From NCBI RefSeq assembly GCF_018977255.1, contig NW_024705404.1, positions 1-47,901 on the forward strand: a DNA stretch of 47,901 nucleotides, given 5' to 3'. The notes below the pieces were generated by a model. The model saw only the letters and a program-made list of their open reading frames with translations, was not told the DNA's origin and ran no database searches. Below, piece by piece: positions 23,596-36,149 of this stretch (within the stretch, counting starts at the first letter, position 1; each line of letters opens with the position of its first letter). Both the position numbers and the translations under genes were made by a program. Source of the DNA: Callorhinchus milii. Its lineage: Eukaryota.

Positions 23596-24213
23596 CTGGA
23601 GAGAGAGAGAGAGACNNNNNNNNNNNNNNNNNNNNNNNNNNNNNNCTAGTGGTGATTTATACGAACCTCCGAGGGTGGCTAAACAACAGGACCGGCGTAC
23701 AAGGAAACGACATCGTCATAGCACATTATCGCATTTTTGAAACTCCTGAAAGCGCTTCACACAGTATGCGGCAAAGTTAATTCCTGTGTGTCTTTATTGG
23801 GGAAAAGCAGCAGCGAATTGCGCAGTGCATCGAGGCACATTAGATAGTGGAATGAGTTATCAAGTTATCCATTTACACCATCTCAACGATTATTAGCTCG
23901 GATAAGCGATCCATCAATCTACTAAAAATATTTGAGAAATCATTGCAATTCGGAGGGTGTTATTATTCCTTATGATAAAACGGGTGATGAAGCAAACGAT
24001 GACCGACATACTGCTGAGTAAACAGATGCGTGTGAGTGGAGTGAGGAAACTTGCCAAAAACATTGCTCTGTTTTGACGGGGAATCGAACGCAAGTCTTGT
24101 CGCTGGCGGGGCGAGTGCACTAAACACAAGGATTCACGTCTGCCTCCGCCAAATGTTGTTCAAATGGAGATGAAACTCATCACCGACATTGAATTAGCTC
24201 AACACGGCCTCAC

Positions 24214-24259
24214 CTGACATGAAGGATCCCAGCACCAGACAGACAGCAAACAGCCTCAT
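24214..24259 (-). other. Orphan TCR V leader exon (MRLFAVCLVLGSFMS, G|GTGAG) with intact family promoter
   Basis: Nearly identical to the leaders at 8342, 38287, 40641 and 43136. Conserved promoter block at ~24270-24400. No V exon found downstream before the N gap and the GPCR exon. Confidence 0.88.
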
Positions 24260-24951
24260 TGCTGCTCGTCAGTCTGTGTGGTCGTGTCTGTGGCATCAGT
24301 TTGCTGATAACCCGCAGTGATTGCCGTCATTAGCGGAGCGACAGTCTCACGTCACCTCATTGGCATCTCAGCCGCGTTTCAGTACAATAACCAATTGCTT
24401 TGATACAGCGGCTTTCACCAGTCACCGGGGTGGAGAGTCCTCTCACTCAGCTACTATTAACCATGCAAGCTACAGCGCTAACTCGAAGCGTGCTGACAGA
24501 TGGACAAACAGCGGGAGCGTTTGCCGGACAGCTCTATCAATGGCAAGTTATGTGCATTTTGCTGGCTAGACTCCAGCAGTTCGCCCGACATATACTCTGA
24601 GGATCCCCTGCCTTGCCTCTGGCCAACGTTAGCCGAATGCTCTCTGAAAATAAGAACGAGGAATGCGGTCCTCCAAGAAGTGTATTGCTTTTCAACAATC
24701 TATCTCTGGGTTTTCCGTTTGTCGGTGGCATGCATGGAAGTATCAGTTATGTTTGGAGACCCTGAATCACGGTGATGCCTTTTCTTAGTTGCTGTCCAAA
24801 AGAAAACACCACAGAGAGAAAGTGGAATAGCAGTATTTTAAAGAGTTGCAATTCTATCCAGGGGATGGCTTGGAAAGTCGTCTCACTATTCGCATGTAAT
24901 TTTAATGCAATTTTCGCAACGTCATATAACGGTAAACCAATAATTCTTCGT

Positions 24952-25274
24952 GGAGTCCTGTAGCTCAGTGGTTAGAGCACTCGCTTTGCAAGTGAGAGAC
25001 CTGAGTTCAATTCCAGGCAGAGGGCGAACCATGGGCAAGTTTCCTTACTCCACACGCCTAATAATAATCCCTCCAAAAAAAAAACAATAATTAAATTGGT
25101 CATTTTCACTCTACGACTGTTTGTGGGACATTGCTGTGCGCAATTGGCTGCCGCGTTCGCCCACAAATATACAGTCAATTCACTTTACAGTGTGTTCTGT
25201 GAAGCGCATTGGGACGTCCTCCGGACGTGAAAAGCGCTATATCAAATGCAAGGATTATTATTATTATTATTATT
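24952..25274 (+). mobile_element. tRNA-derived SINE, full length
   Basis: GGAGTCCTGTAGCTCAGTGGTTAGAGC...GTTCAATTCC head, core, tail GGGACGTCCTCCGGACGTGAAAAGCGCTAT similar to the L2 3' end, (ATT)n end. Confidence 0.9.
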
Positions 25275-26145
25275 GTAATAATAATGTGTCGAGATTCCCA
25301 GTGGCTTATATCACCTGAGGCTCCGAGTACAGTAACACACTCCGCTGCCAGTCACTGTGAGGCCACAGACACTGAAGCCCCCCTCCCACACGCTAAATCC
25401 ACGCCTCACAATTATGTTGATCTGTTCTGAGCCCCAAAGGGCAATTTGTCACTATAATAGTTCACATTGCAACAATGAATTGAGCCAATATTGCCACTGG
25501 CAATTGTACATTCTTGTATTTACGTACTATTTACCCAGCAGTATATAGGAATCCGTTGTTATTCGATTGGCGAATCACTTTCCGAGTTAATAATCCCTCC
25601 GAAATGTGTTGGTCACTGCTATCCGCCAATCGACTAACAGATGAGTTAAAAGTTACTGCTATTTAAACAGAGGTGTGCGGAATAAGGAAACTTGCCTATC
25701 GTTGCAGTTTAGCTAAATCCGTAAATGATTAGCCGCAAGTTGGCGAGAACCAAGGCTTGACAACCCACACATTATGCTTTGGGGAAACTGTTGCTGTATA
25801 ACCAGCTAATGCCACATAGTTTCCCGTTTACATTGCCAATTCGTAGCAACTTCTTTCCACAGTATATTTTGCGAAGCCGTTTGAAACATCTCGAAGTTGC
25901 AATAGGGCGCTACATTAAATGTAAGGTTCACTTTTATTTCGTTCATTGTTTCCCTCCACGGACTTTTCCGTCACATTTTGCTTGTGGTTGGCATTCAGCC
26001 GCGTGTTTCCTCTGAGAGAAACAGGAGCAAAGTAAAAAATGTGAATTAGGTCAACTGTCAGCATTAACATCTGTGCTGAGATGAGACCCTTTCTCTCCTC
26101 TTTGGAGATTTATGCACAGTGATGTAGTCTGACAGTAACACTGTG

Positions 26146-26452
26146 TGTGTGATGGTACAGTAATGTTTGACCATGTCAGGTAGAGCCACGGGGAACACAA
26201 ATAGAGTGGATCTCTTCCTGCCCATGTACAGATTTGACTTTAAACTTTGCGTTGCAAATTCAGCAATGAATACATCCCCCTCAGAATCATGTATCCTTGT
26301 GTACAGAGGAGGTTCGCTTGGATACTGACGGTACCAGAATATTAAACCATTGGTGGAATCAGCAGAGAAGGTGCAGCTCAGGGTTACAGTCTGTACTTCA
26401 GTAACAGACATTTCAACCTCTGATGGATCAACACTGACTCCATCTCCTGTCC
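26146..26452 (-). pseudogene. Divergent TCR V exon, open frame but probably non-functional
   Basis: TVTLSC...IFWYRQYP...DMVKHYCTIT (degenerate D-x-x-x-Y-Y-C). RSS CACAGTG-23bp-GCATAAATC has a weak nonamer. The only leader-like remnant (~27108-27173) has ATGTCAG|TGGAG in place of a GT donor. Confidence 0.6.
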
Positions 26453-27357
26453 CTATAGCCAGAGCAAACATGTTTATCAGTGTCATACAAAGCCCGGAGG
26501 TAAACCCACTAATTGTTTCAAGGGTTAGGGAGAAAGATTTAACATCATGCACAATAAACGTGAATGTAACATCCCAAAGGAATTAACAGCGAAAATGTGC
26601 TGCCCTGTTAACCACAAAGCACATAGCAACTCAAATTTGCAATCAGAATATGTGAAGAGCTTTAAGTTATACTCTATACCGACAAACATATAAGGTCTGA
26701 TGTTCCTTCATCTCCAGGATTTATTTTCTATGCTGGGTTGTCAAAAAATCAGCCTTGTGCTCCAATGTAGGTCAAGTAATACCCATTGATTATCTTGACT
26801 TCATCTACTGCAAGTAACATAATAGCAATGATTGCATTTGATGGAGTGATTGTACATTTTAATCTGGAGCGCACACCTGTGTCCTTCAAAAACAGGCGTG
26901 GATCAAGAAACAAAACTATTATTTGCCAATTAGTTTTGTAGTTGTCATTACCCCAGATAATAATTTGACAGTCGACCAGCAAACGCGTTCTCACGTACTG
27001 CAAGAAAAACAGAGGCGCGAGTATGGAGTAAGGAAACTTGACCAACTTTTCGCACTGCCTGGGATTCGAACCCATGTCCTCTCACTAACGATTAAGGTAC
27101 ACGTCTCCACTGACATTAAAATATCACTTCCAAAAACATTTATCACAATCTTCTCTCTGTTGGTGAAGAACATCTCAACTATACAGTAAGAAAAGTATCA
27201 CACATTTTAGCTGACTTGACAAACCTCAACAAGATGTGAGCTATGGTGGCATTTGGCAGAAGGTTTGTTACATTCTCTGTCGCTAACTGTACTGTTTCCC
27301 AGCTTTGACTTTGATGAGGGTTATTGTACGAGGCTTCCTATGATGTGTATCACTGTG

Positions 27358-27659
27358 GTGCAGACTGAGTGCACAGTGATACATAGCGGAGTCTGTCAGC
27401 CGCAGGTCGGCGATGGTTAAAACGCTGATTTTCTTGGCAGTGTCAAGAGAAACAGAAATATGATCTCCAGTGGGGTTTCCTCCCTCTCCTGAGGGTTTTC
27501 TGTGGAGCAGGTATTTCAGTCCCTCGCCAGGGGACTGACGGTACCAGGAGACGCTGAAATCCTGTCCGCAGTATCCTGAATATTGGCAATGTAAATTTAT
27601 CCTCTCACCAGCAAAAGCAGTTTGTTCAGGCGGTGACTGGGAAACTGTATAATTGGATC
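27358..27659 (-). CDS. Leaderless supporting TCR-delta V of NAR-TCR cassette 2
   Basis: Phase-1 acceptor CAG|GA. SNYTVSQSPPEQTAFAGERINLHCQYSGYCGQDFSVSWYRQ...DSAMYHCALSLH, with an extra CDR1 Cys. RSS CACAGTG-23bp-ACAATAACC (27357-27319). In phase with the upstream NAR J donor. No leader seen upstream, although N gap 28645-28940 is unread. Confidence 0.88.
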
Positions 27660-27689
27660 CTGCGGGACGCAAATTACAGTTTACTTAGA

Positions 27690-28230
27690 GTCATGGAATC
27701 ATTGAATCTTTCAGCACAGGAAGAGGCCATTCAGCCCATTGTGTCTGAGAAAAGAGCTTTTAAAAATGCCAACCAATATGATCCCGCTCTCTCGCAATGA
27801 ACACATAGAACTTTATAATTCCTTTTGATGCATCCAGCCAATTCCATACTGAAATTATCTTTCGAATCTGTTTCCACCACCCGTTGAGGCAGCACATTGC
27901 ATTCAATAGGAATTTTCAGTGAAAATAAATCCTTCTGCTCTCCCCTCTTGTTCTTTTACCAATTATCATACATTTGGGTTCATTGGTGACTGAACCACTT
28001 GCCAGTGGAAGCATGTTATCCTTCTCTGCTCTATCAAAAACACTCACAGCTCTGAACACTTCATCTAAATCTCCGCTAAACCTTCGATGCTCTCAGGAGA
28101 AGATGGCCAGATTCTTCATACAAACTAATTCCCTCTGTCTTGGTATCATTTTGCTAAATGGCCTTTGCACCCTGTCCAAGGCCTTCACGCATGTGTCCGT
28201 GAAAGGTACAAAGACAATTGTAGGGATTAA
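27690..28230 (-). mobile_element. CR1 LINE 3' fragment in the J-to-supporting-V intron
   Basis: Typical CR1 3' end on the minus strand (...ATGGGCTGAATGGCCTCTTCCTGTGCTG...GATTCCATGACTC) preceded by RT C-terminal-like sequence. Boundaries approximate. Confidence 0.75.
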
Positions 28231-29489
28231 TGTTACATCAACAGTGGAAGGAGCAATGGGATGTATTAAAATAGGCATTTCTTGTAGCTGAGCCATGTTT
28301 TATTGCAGACGCAAACCTTATTTCTATGACTGTATACCATTGATATGATCTCTCATAAATGAACCGTTTAATTGAGGTTTGTTTCTCTAATCTTATATTT
28401 GTTTGCTGTTGCGGTTTGTCGACATTGAGGCTTTGGGTGTCTGCGATCATGGGAATGTTTAGCAGAGAATCAGGTGTCAGGTTGTACCGTTAACTTCAGC
28501 GCGTTTACAGTTGAAGCAAATGGAAAGCTTCTCTGCTGTAAATATCGTTACTTTAACATCGCTGCTGAGGAGATTTATTCTCTGGTTTGTTGCCAATATC
28601 AGTTTCCCTCTCAGTCTGTGAGCTGCTCATTGCAGTTTCACTTGNNNNNNNNNNNNNNNNNNNNNNNNNNNNNNNNNNNNNNNNNNNNNNNNNNNNNNNN
28701 NNNNNNNNNNNNNNNNNNNNNNNNNNNNNNNNNNNNNNNNNNNNNNNNNNNNNNNNNNNNNNNNNNNNNNNNNNNNNNNNNNNNNNNNNNNNNNNNNNNN
28801 NNNNNNNNNNNNNNNNNNNNNNNNNNNNNNNNNNNNNNNNNNNNNNNNNNNNNNNNNNNNNNNNNNNNNNNNNNNNNNNNNNNNNNNNNNNNNNNNNNNN
28901 NNNNNNNNNNNNNNNNNNNNNNNNNNNNNNNNNNNNNNNNATGTCTTTCTTTATGTCTTTCTTTAGGACTTTCTTTCTTTCGTTCTGTCCCTCTTTCTTT
29001 CTTTCTGTCCCTCTTTCTGTCTAATTCTTTTTTCATTCTTTCTTCAAATGTCATGGCTTACATTTTCGCAACATGCAGTGTTTCTGCAGGCTTGCATATT
29101 GACTTGCTTGTTGGTGTAGAATAAAGCAGAATTACCTGGGAACTCTCAGCGAATATGGAGAGAGGAAAGTGTGTTAACGTTTCAGGTCGATGAACTTGAT
29201 GCAGAAATTTAGACCCCACTTTTCGGGAGAACAGAGGAGGTTATTGATGATAATACATCATTTTACCCAGCTCAAGTACAAATTCATTACACAATTAATA
29301 TCAATTTACTCTGGTCATGGTCCTTTGGAACTACTATGCAATCCAAATCAGTGACTTTCAAAACATGGAAATAAAAGTTGGTCATTTGAGAAACAAACCT
29401 TGAAGTAGTATTCGGTTAGAATAATGTTTTTNGACAAACTCACGTGAATAAACTTTTATGTTAGTTCGTTAGAAATATTTCGCACTTAC

Positions 29490-29545
29490 TTTTCGTTACA
29501 GTTACTTTGGTTCCTGAACCATCTTCTGTATATTCCTTATAATAA
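29490..29545 (-). other. NAR-TCR J segment, cassette 2 (YYKEYTEDGSGTKVTVTK)
   Basis: AGTTTTTGC (29584-29576), 23-bp spacer, TACTGTG (29552-29546), 56-nt open segment, phase-1 donor A|GTAAGT. Confidence 0.92.
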
Positions 29546-29925
29546 CACAGTAACACAGCTCTGACTCTACAAGTTGCAAAAACTGTTCCATCGAATCATG
29601 ATTTAATTCTGGCACCAAAACAAGCAAATGCAGACAAATTGTTAATAAATTCCTATACTTATACCACAGTCCCATTTGTATAATATTCGTTTGTCCAAAT
29701 CATGCTTATTTTCAGTAAGTTTTCCACATAAACACAGTCAAAGCGCAAAGACCGAAGAACATTTTCTGCAAATAATTCTACAAAATATGTGGAAATAATT
29801 AATATTGAAAGCTAACTTTCGATACTTTCTGGAGCACAAAACAGGACAATGTTAGCAATGATCACGCCTCATGTATTTCCGTGAAAATTAGCAGTGCGGT
29901 AATTGTGCTGATGTTTTCCAATGTG

Positions 29926-29940
29926 GGTTCCCAAGCCAAG
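29926..29940 (-). other. NAR-TCR D segment, cassette 2 (CTTGGCTTGGGAACC), 12/12 RSS
   Basis: TGTTTTTGT-12bp-CAACGTG (29968-29941; variant heptamer that keeps CAC), 15-nt D, CACATTG-12bp-ACAATTACC (29925-29898). Open in three frames (LGLGT / LAWE / WLGN). Confidence 0.88.
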
Positions 29941-30330
29941 CACGTTGTTTTATGTCAACACAAAAACACCGGTTCGCAAAACAATTCAAATGAGATCTGC
30001 CATTTACAAATGGTCAATTAATCACATAACGTGTAAAATTCTTTTGAATATTTTCTGAGTAAATTTGCATGCCGTCTGTCCCTTGCAATAATTTATAAGG
30101 TATATGAATCCAAACAACGTAGTAACTTCAGATTGATACACACTCACTTTTCCTAAGTATTCATAACTGTCAGTCGCTGCTTAAAGGAAGTATTCTTAAA
30201 CATAGCTGCACATCACACACGAATGAGGAACATGCACTGAACTCATCGGCAATTTCACATTATCTGTATTTTTCCTGTGAGTTGGTGACGGGGCTTTTTG
30301 TACTGTTGGAAGCCCAGATACGGCATTGTG

Positions 30331-31047
30331 GTATCCCAGTAATATCGAGCTCTACAGTAATAATCAGCGCTGCCTTCAACTTGCAAGTCATTGATTTCCA
30401 GAGAAGAGGACCACGATCCCTTGTCTGTCTTCACAACAAACCGTCCTTCACGAGGAATGGGCTTCCAATTTCTTTCATTTGGAAACCGCCTATAAAACTC
30501 CATACTTTTGAATTTGCTTTCAAAGCTTGCTGAGAAGACGCAGTTGATGGTTAGAGACTCGCATTCTTCTCTTCTAATAGAGGATGGCGTCTGTGTTACT
30601 GAGGCGCTGAAAACATCTGAGAAATTATGCACAATATTACATCAGTTTAACAGATTTTCAACGTTGACCACTGCTATTACAATTTCAATGCAACTTTTGG
30701 CTTTATCTCCCTTGATATCAGTTGACATAATATACTCAGGATTATGTAATATCATTATTATATTAATTAATTAATATGATTATAATATATAATGAAACAA
30801 AAGTAAAATAATTGCCTGTCGCGTTTCGCCCATCAAAATACAAAGTTATTTCAGTACAAAATTATTATGTGAAGCGATTTGAGACGTCCCATCCACATCA
30901 TAACGCTATACATCAATTACAAGGATAATTTGTATAGTGTAGTTACAGTACTGATGACATTCACTGGTGCTGTGAAGTGCTGTGTTATGGAAACAAACAC
31001 TTACATTGTAAGAAGAGGAAGGAGATGGAGACACAGAGGAGAGACAT
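30331..31047 (-). CDS. NAR-TCR V (IgNAR-like V domain), cassette 2
   Basis: Leader 31047-31005 (MSLLCVSISFLFLQ). V exon 30616-30331: ASVTQTPSSIRREECESLTINC...GSADYYCRARYYWDT. 61 residues between the canonical Cys and an extra FR1 Cys. RSS CACAATG-22bp-ACAAAAAGC (30330-30293). Confidence 0.92.
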
Positions 31048-31715
31048 TCTCTCACCGCTGGGAGACACCGTCAGCCCCGGACACCTCAGAGTGACTGTGA
31101 GTAACACAGGACTGTTCTGTAAGACTGTTGGAGACTTGGTTTATTTGTGATGAAGAGCGAATCACATCATGGCTGGTGTCAGCGGCTTTGAGGCGTGGGC
31201 GGTGTGTGGTTTGGGGGTGGGAAATCCTATTTGATGAAAGAGATTGACGAACAGTGCGCGAGAGCAGGCGGCAGTAGAGGGCGATGTGGTGTTCACTGTT
31301 GACCACTCAATTAGGATTAAATTCACAATTGACGGGAAGCCGAAGGAAGGAAATTTAAACTGACACGGGAAGTGGGACAAAGGTCTTGTGATGCGGAGAG
31401 CGGCTTTAGTGAATGTTAGGAAAGACCGATAAAGAAGATACTAATGCACCTTTGACTTGGAGAAGGATCTGTTGCAGTGACCAGCAGTGACCAGAGTGGG
31501 GAAACTGGTTAAAGCAGCAGGGATTTAGCGTGACATGGATGATGGTGGGTGTGAAGGAGGAAGGAGAATTTGGGGTAACGGAGTATAAGGTTAGGGCAAT
31601 AATAAGAGCCTTAAGTGGTAGGGAACTAATTGATGGGCGGATGCGAGGGGACATAGAGGGGATAGAGGAGGCAGCTATCAGAATGGTCACTTTACTGTAT
31701 ATCCTGTGAACCTGT

Positions 31716-32052
31716 GGAGTCCTGTAGCTCAGTGGTTAGAGCACTCGCTTTGCAAATGAGATACCTGGGTTCAATTCCAGGCAGAGGGCGAAACCTTGGG
31801 CAAGTTTCCTTACTCCACACAAAGCCTAATAATAATCCCTCCAGAAAAAAACAAAAATAAAATGGTCAGTTTCAATCCAGAACTCTGTGTGGAGCATTGC
31901 GGTGCGCAAAATGGATACGGCGTTTCGCCAACAAATATAGAGTCAGTTCACTTTACAGCATAATCTGTGAAGCGCTTTGAGACGACTTGAACTCGTTAAA
32001 AGCGCTATATCAAACGCAAGGATTATTATTATTATTATTACTATTATTGTTG
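31716..32052 (+). mobile_element. tRNA-derived SINE, full length
   Basis: Same head, core and tail as 24952-25274. Confidence 0.88.
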
Positions 32053-35000
32053 TTATTAAGCCCTTTAACAAGTCTCAATGGCACTATAAGCTATGTTATC
32101 AAATCTCAGGATTATTATTTATCTGTGCCAGTCTGTTTNNNNNNNNNNNNNNNNNNNNNNNNNNNNNNNNNNNNNNNNNNNNNNNNNNNNNNNNNNNNNN
32201 NNNNNNNNNNNNNNNNNNNNNNNNNNNNNNNNNNNNNNNNNNNNNNNNNNNNNNNNNNNNNNNNNNNNNNNNNNNNNNNNNNNNNNNNNNNNNNNNNNNN
32301 NNNNNNNNNNNNNNNNNNNNNNNNNNNNNNNNNNNNNNNNNNNNNNNNNNNNNNNNNNNNNNNGTCTGTCCTTCTTCGACACCTTAGGCAAGTTTCCTGA
32401 CTCCGGAGGCACAAACAAACACACACACAGTCACACCTCGGTTTACATAGCAGCAACTAGGAACCTGCTTGCTTGCTAAATGCTCGCTCGCTCTGCAATG
32501 GGTAATATTCCTGTAAAACATTAATAATTTGGTTAATTAATGTGTTTATGACGCCGTGTTTTGCGGGCGAAATGCACCAATTGTTTGCCGCGTTTTGCCC
32601 ACCAAACACACAGTCACTACACTTTACTGTATTTGATGTGAAGCGTTTCGTGTCGTTATGGATGAGGTGATGAAGCATTGTATAAAATGCAAGGAGTGTT
32701 ATTATAATTAATTATTTTCACAAACGTCACTGTCCAAGAACATTAACCTGATTTAAAGGGTGTGGGAAGAAGCTGATTACTGATGTTATAAGAAGTTTGG
32801 GATCAGATCTTGTCTTGAACTTTGGAATTGGAGGGCAAAGCAGTTTGGCGGTGTGTGTGAGCTGTAGGCAGTAGTTTTATTATTGGAGCCAGTTTTCGCT
32901 AACTATCATGCTAACGCTTGCATAATATATGNNNNNNNNNNNNNNNNNNNNNNNNNNNNNNNNNNNNNNNNNNNNNNNNNNNNNNNNNNNNNNNNNNNNN
33001 NNNNNNNNNNNNNNNNNNNNNNNNNNNNNNNNNNNNNNNNNNNNNNNNNNNNNNNNNNNNNNNNNNNNNNNNNNNNNNNNNNNNTGTCTGTCTCTGTTTC
33101 TGTGTGCAAGTCTGCCTTCTATCTTTCACTGTTTCTGTGTGTAAGTCTGTCTGTCTATCGATCTCTGTTTCTGTGTGTATGTCTGTCTGTCTATCTAACT
33201 CACTGTTTTTGTGGCTCTCTCTATGTCTGTGTCTCTGTCTGTCTGAGTCTGTCTGTGTTTGAAACCTGAGGCAAGTTTATTTCCACCCCCATCGCCACTC
33301 CCATCAATATTCCCATCACGCGCAGATACACACACACGCAAACACACACAGACACACATACACAGACACACACAGACACACACACAGATACACACCCACA
33401 GACCGACAAAGACACAAACACTCACACCTGTTTACCTAACAGTAGATAGGACTCCGCGTTTTTATCGATTGGCTGATCGCTTTCCAGAGACAAGAAGCCC
33501 TTCAAAATAATAATAATAATTTGCTCACTATATGCACGACTGTTTGTGGATTGTGAATTTGAGACTATCTGCCAATTATCGCCAAAAAACGCACTGTCAC
33601 TGCACTTGACAGTATATCATGCGCAGCGCTTTGAGACGTCTCCATGATGTAACGAGGTGCGATATCAAATGTAAGAGTCATTATTATGTTGTTGTCTGTT
33701 TTGAAATGAAACAATCTTCTTTACAATCGGCAATTGTGTTGAGTATCGAAATGATTGAGGAAGTGTTAGGTTGAACTGATCATTCGTGCATAACAGAATT
33801 TTGTGATTATCTAAAATATTACCAGTTTGTTTCCTCCCTTGAGACGTCGTAACGACATCATAAGGTCTTATATCAGATGCAAGGATTACCTTATATATTT
33901 TTGACTGTTAATAAAAATAATATTCCTTGTATTTAGTACAAAGTTTCCCACATGTTCTGAATATTTCTAAGCGCTTCACAGGATATACCGTGGAGTGTAG
34001 TAACTGTTTGGTTGTGGGCGAAAAGCGGCAGCGAATTGCGCCAAGCGGTGTCCGCACAAACAGTCGTGGAGTTAAGAAACCAATTTATTATTGTGTTTTA
34101 TTTCTTGAGGGATCATTATCATCCATACCTGTGTATGTATGCGTGTGTGTGTCTGGCGGGGGGTTGTGTTCATCGTGAAAGTCTATGCAATTTGGGTCTG
34201 TGTGTGAGGGTGAGGTGACAATATGAAGATGCTGGAGCCAGGGTTATGCAGATAATCATAATAATATTTACATTTCACATGGACACTTATCACGCCTCAA
34301 AGCGCTTCACAAAATACGTTGTAAAGTGGGTTGTCTATATATTGTGAGCAAAATTGGAAGCAACAGTTTCCCACAAACGGAGGTGAATAATTTGACCGAA
34401 TTACTATCTTACTCATGTTTGTATGTATTTATGTATTTCGTTATTTACTTACAAATTGATGTGCTTGCTTGTCTATTTACATTTGGTGTCCATATTTTAC
34501 TGCAGTGCCTTGGGACGTCCTCCCGACGTGAAAGACGCTCAATATAATGGAATCTTGTTGTTGTTGTTGCAGAAAGCCTTCCGAGAATGGATGGTCAATC
34601 GTGTTCCGACTCACTGCTTACTAAAGAAAGGCGTACGGTGTAGGAAATTGTCTAAGTTTTATTCGCTCCATGGGCCAAACCCAGGTCATTTCGCCTGCGG
34701 CACCAGTACTCTGAACTCTAAACTACAGGACAACACATTACTACAATGCTAAGCGCTGGTGAGGGTTTCTCCGGAAGCTCAAGCTGCTTTGCAACAGCCA
34801 GTTTTATTGTTTTGCTATATGGCGGCATCTAACGGTGTTTCACGAGAATGACAGTGTATGTGTGGTCTCGGGATGAGTTGATTTATGAATCATGCAAATT
34901 GGTTAAGATTTACCCGTGTATACAGTGCAGGCAGTACAAGTCGTATAACATTAATATTCCTCTCGGATAAAGAACCTCCATCTCAAGACATTCCTCTTGA

Positions 35001-36149
35001 ACAAGCCTTTCCCAACACCTAATATCTTCTTTCACTCAGTTCCGCCCCCCAAGAACTCAACACCGCAGCGTCCAATCCCACTTCCCATCCCCCCACACCA
35101 AACTCCCACCCCAACCATCTCTAAACACTTGCTTCAATACCCCCCACCCACACATCCTCCAAATCTCGGATACAAAGCTCGACTATCCAAAGCATTGGGA
35201 CATTTTCCCGAAGTAAAAATTGCTATACCAATATAACATAGTCTTTGCTTTGAAGTGTAAGCGGCAACGTTGGTAAGTTTGCAAGGCGGTTCAGCTTGAA
35301 GCTAAAATGGCCCGAATGTGACACATTTTGCAATAGGAATATTTGGATCGAGCAAACGTCTTTGATGGTTTCTAGTCCGGTTCATGAGCCAGAGGGGTCC
35401 ATAGTATTCCAGGCACTCATTGCTCATGGCAGCACAGCCCAGCCTGGTCCAACTGCAAGAAATGGAATGGCCGACCAGTCACTGGGGGTAGGGAAATCTC
35501 CCACTCATCTCCTCTTAACCCTGCAGCCAAAAAACGAACAGCTCGGCCCTTGCTGGAGAAACTGTGAGAAAGCTTGCCAGATAGCAATATCAAGGCCAAG
35601 CTGTGACGTTTTAGCTGCTTAGTCTCCAGCCGATACTCAAGCAGCACAATCTGGATTTGATCAAGTCTCGGCTCTCGAGAAACTGCGCCTAATATTTTCT
35701 GGAATTTGGCATTCAGGGAGAGTACGGGCCTTCTATTCCAACAAACTGTCTCTGCAATTTCCACGTGTAGGTGGGATCATTGGATATCTCAGCTTGCTTT
35801 AGAAACAATTAATCATGCCCATGGGCTGCACTGTGTAATAGAAAACAGGATGACCCCAAACGACGGCGAAGTAAATGTCTGTGCAAACGTTTGTGAGAAT
35901 ATTTTACAATATACGGTGCACATGTTTGCAGAAACAGACATAATGGTAAAAGATTTATTTAGTCTCATGGACAGCTGGTTAGGAACATGCATACATTTTG
36001 CAGTGTATAATATGAAGCGCTTTGAGGGTTTTCGATCACGTAAAAACGCGCTTTATCGAATGTAAAGTTTAATATTATTTCTTCCACGATTTACAAATAT
36101 TTTTTTCACTGTGATACCACTGAATCTTTTTTTGTGGTTGGAAACTAAT

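Noticed and set aside
24952-25025. tRNA-like sequence with A/B boxes and a TGC loop
   Set aside because: The acceptor stem does not pair, and it continues into a SINE core and tail repeated many times in the window.
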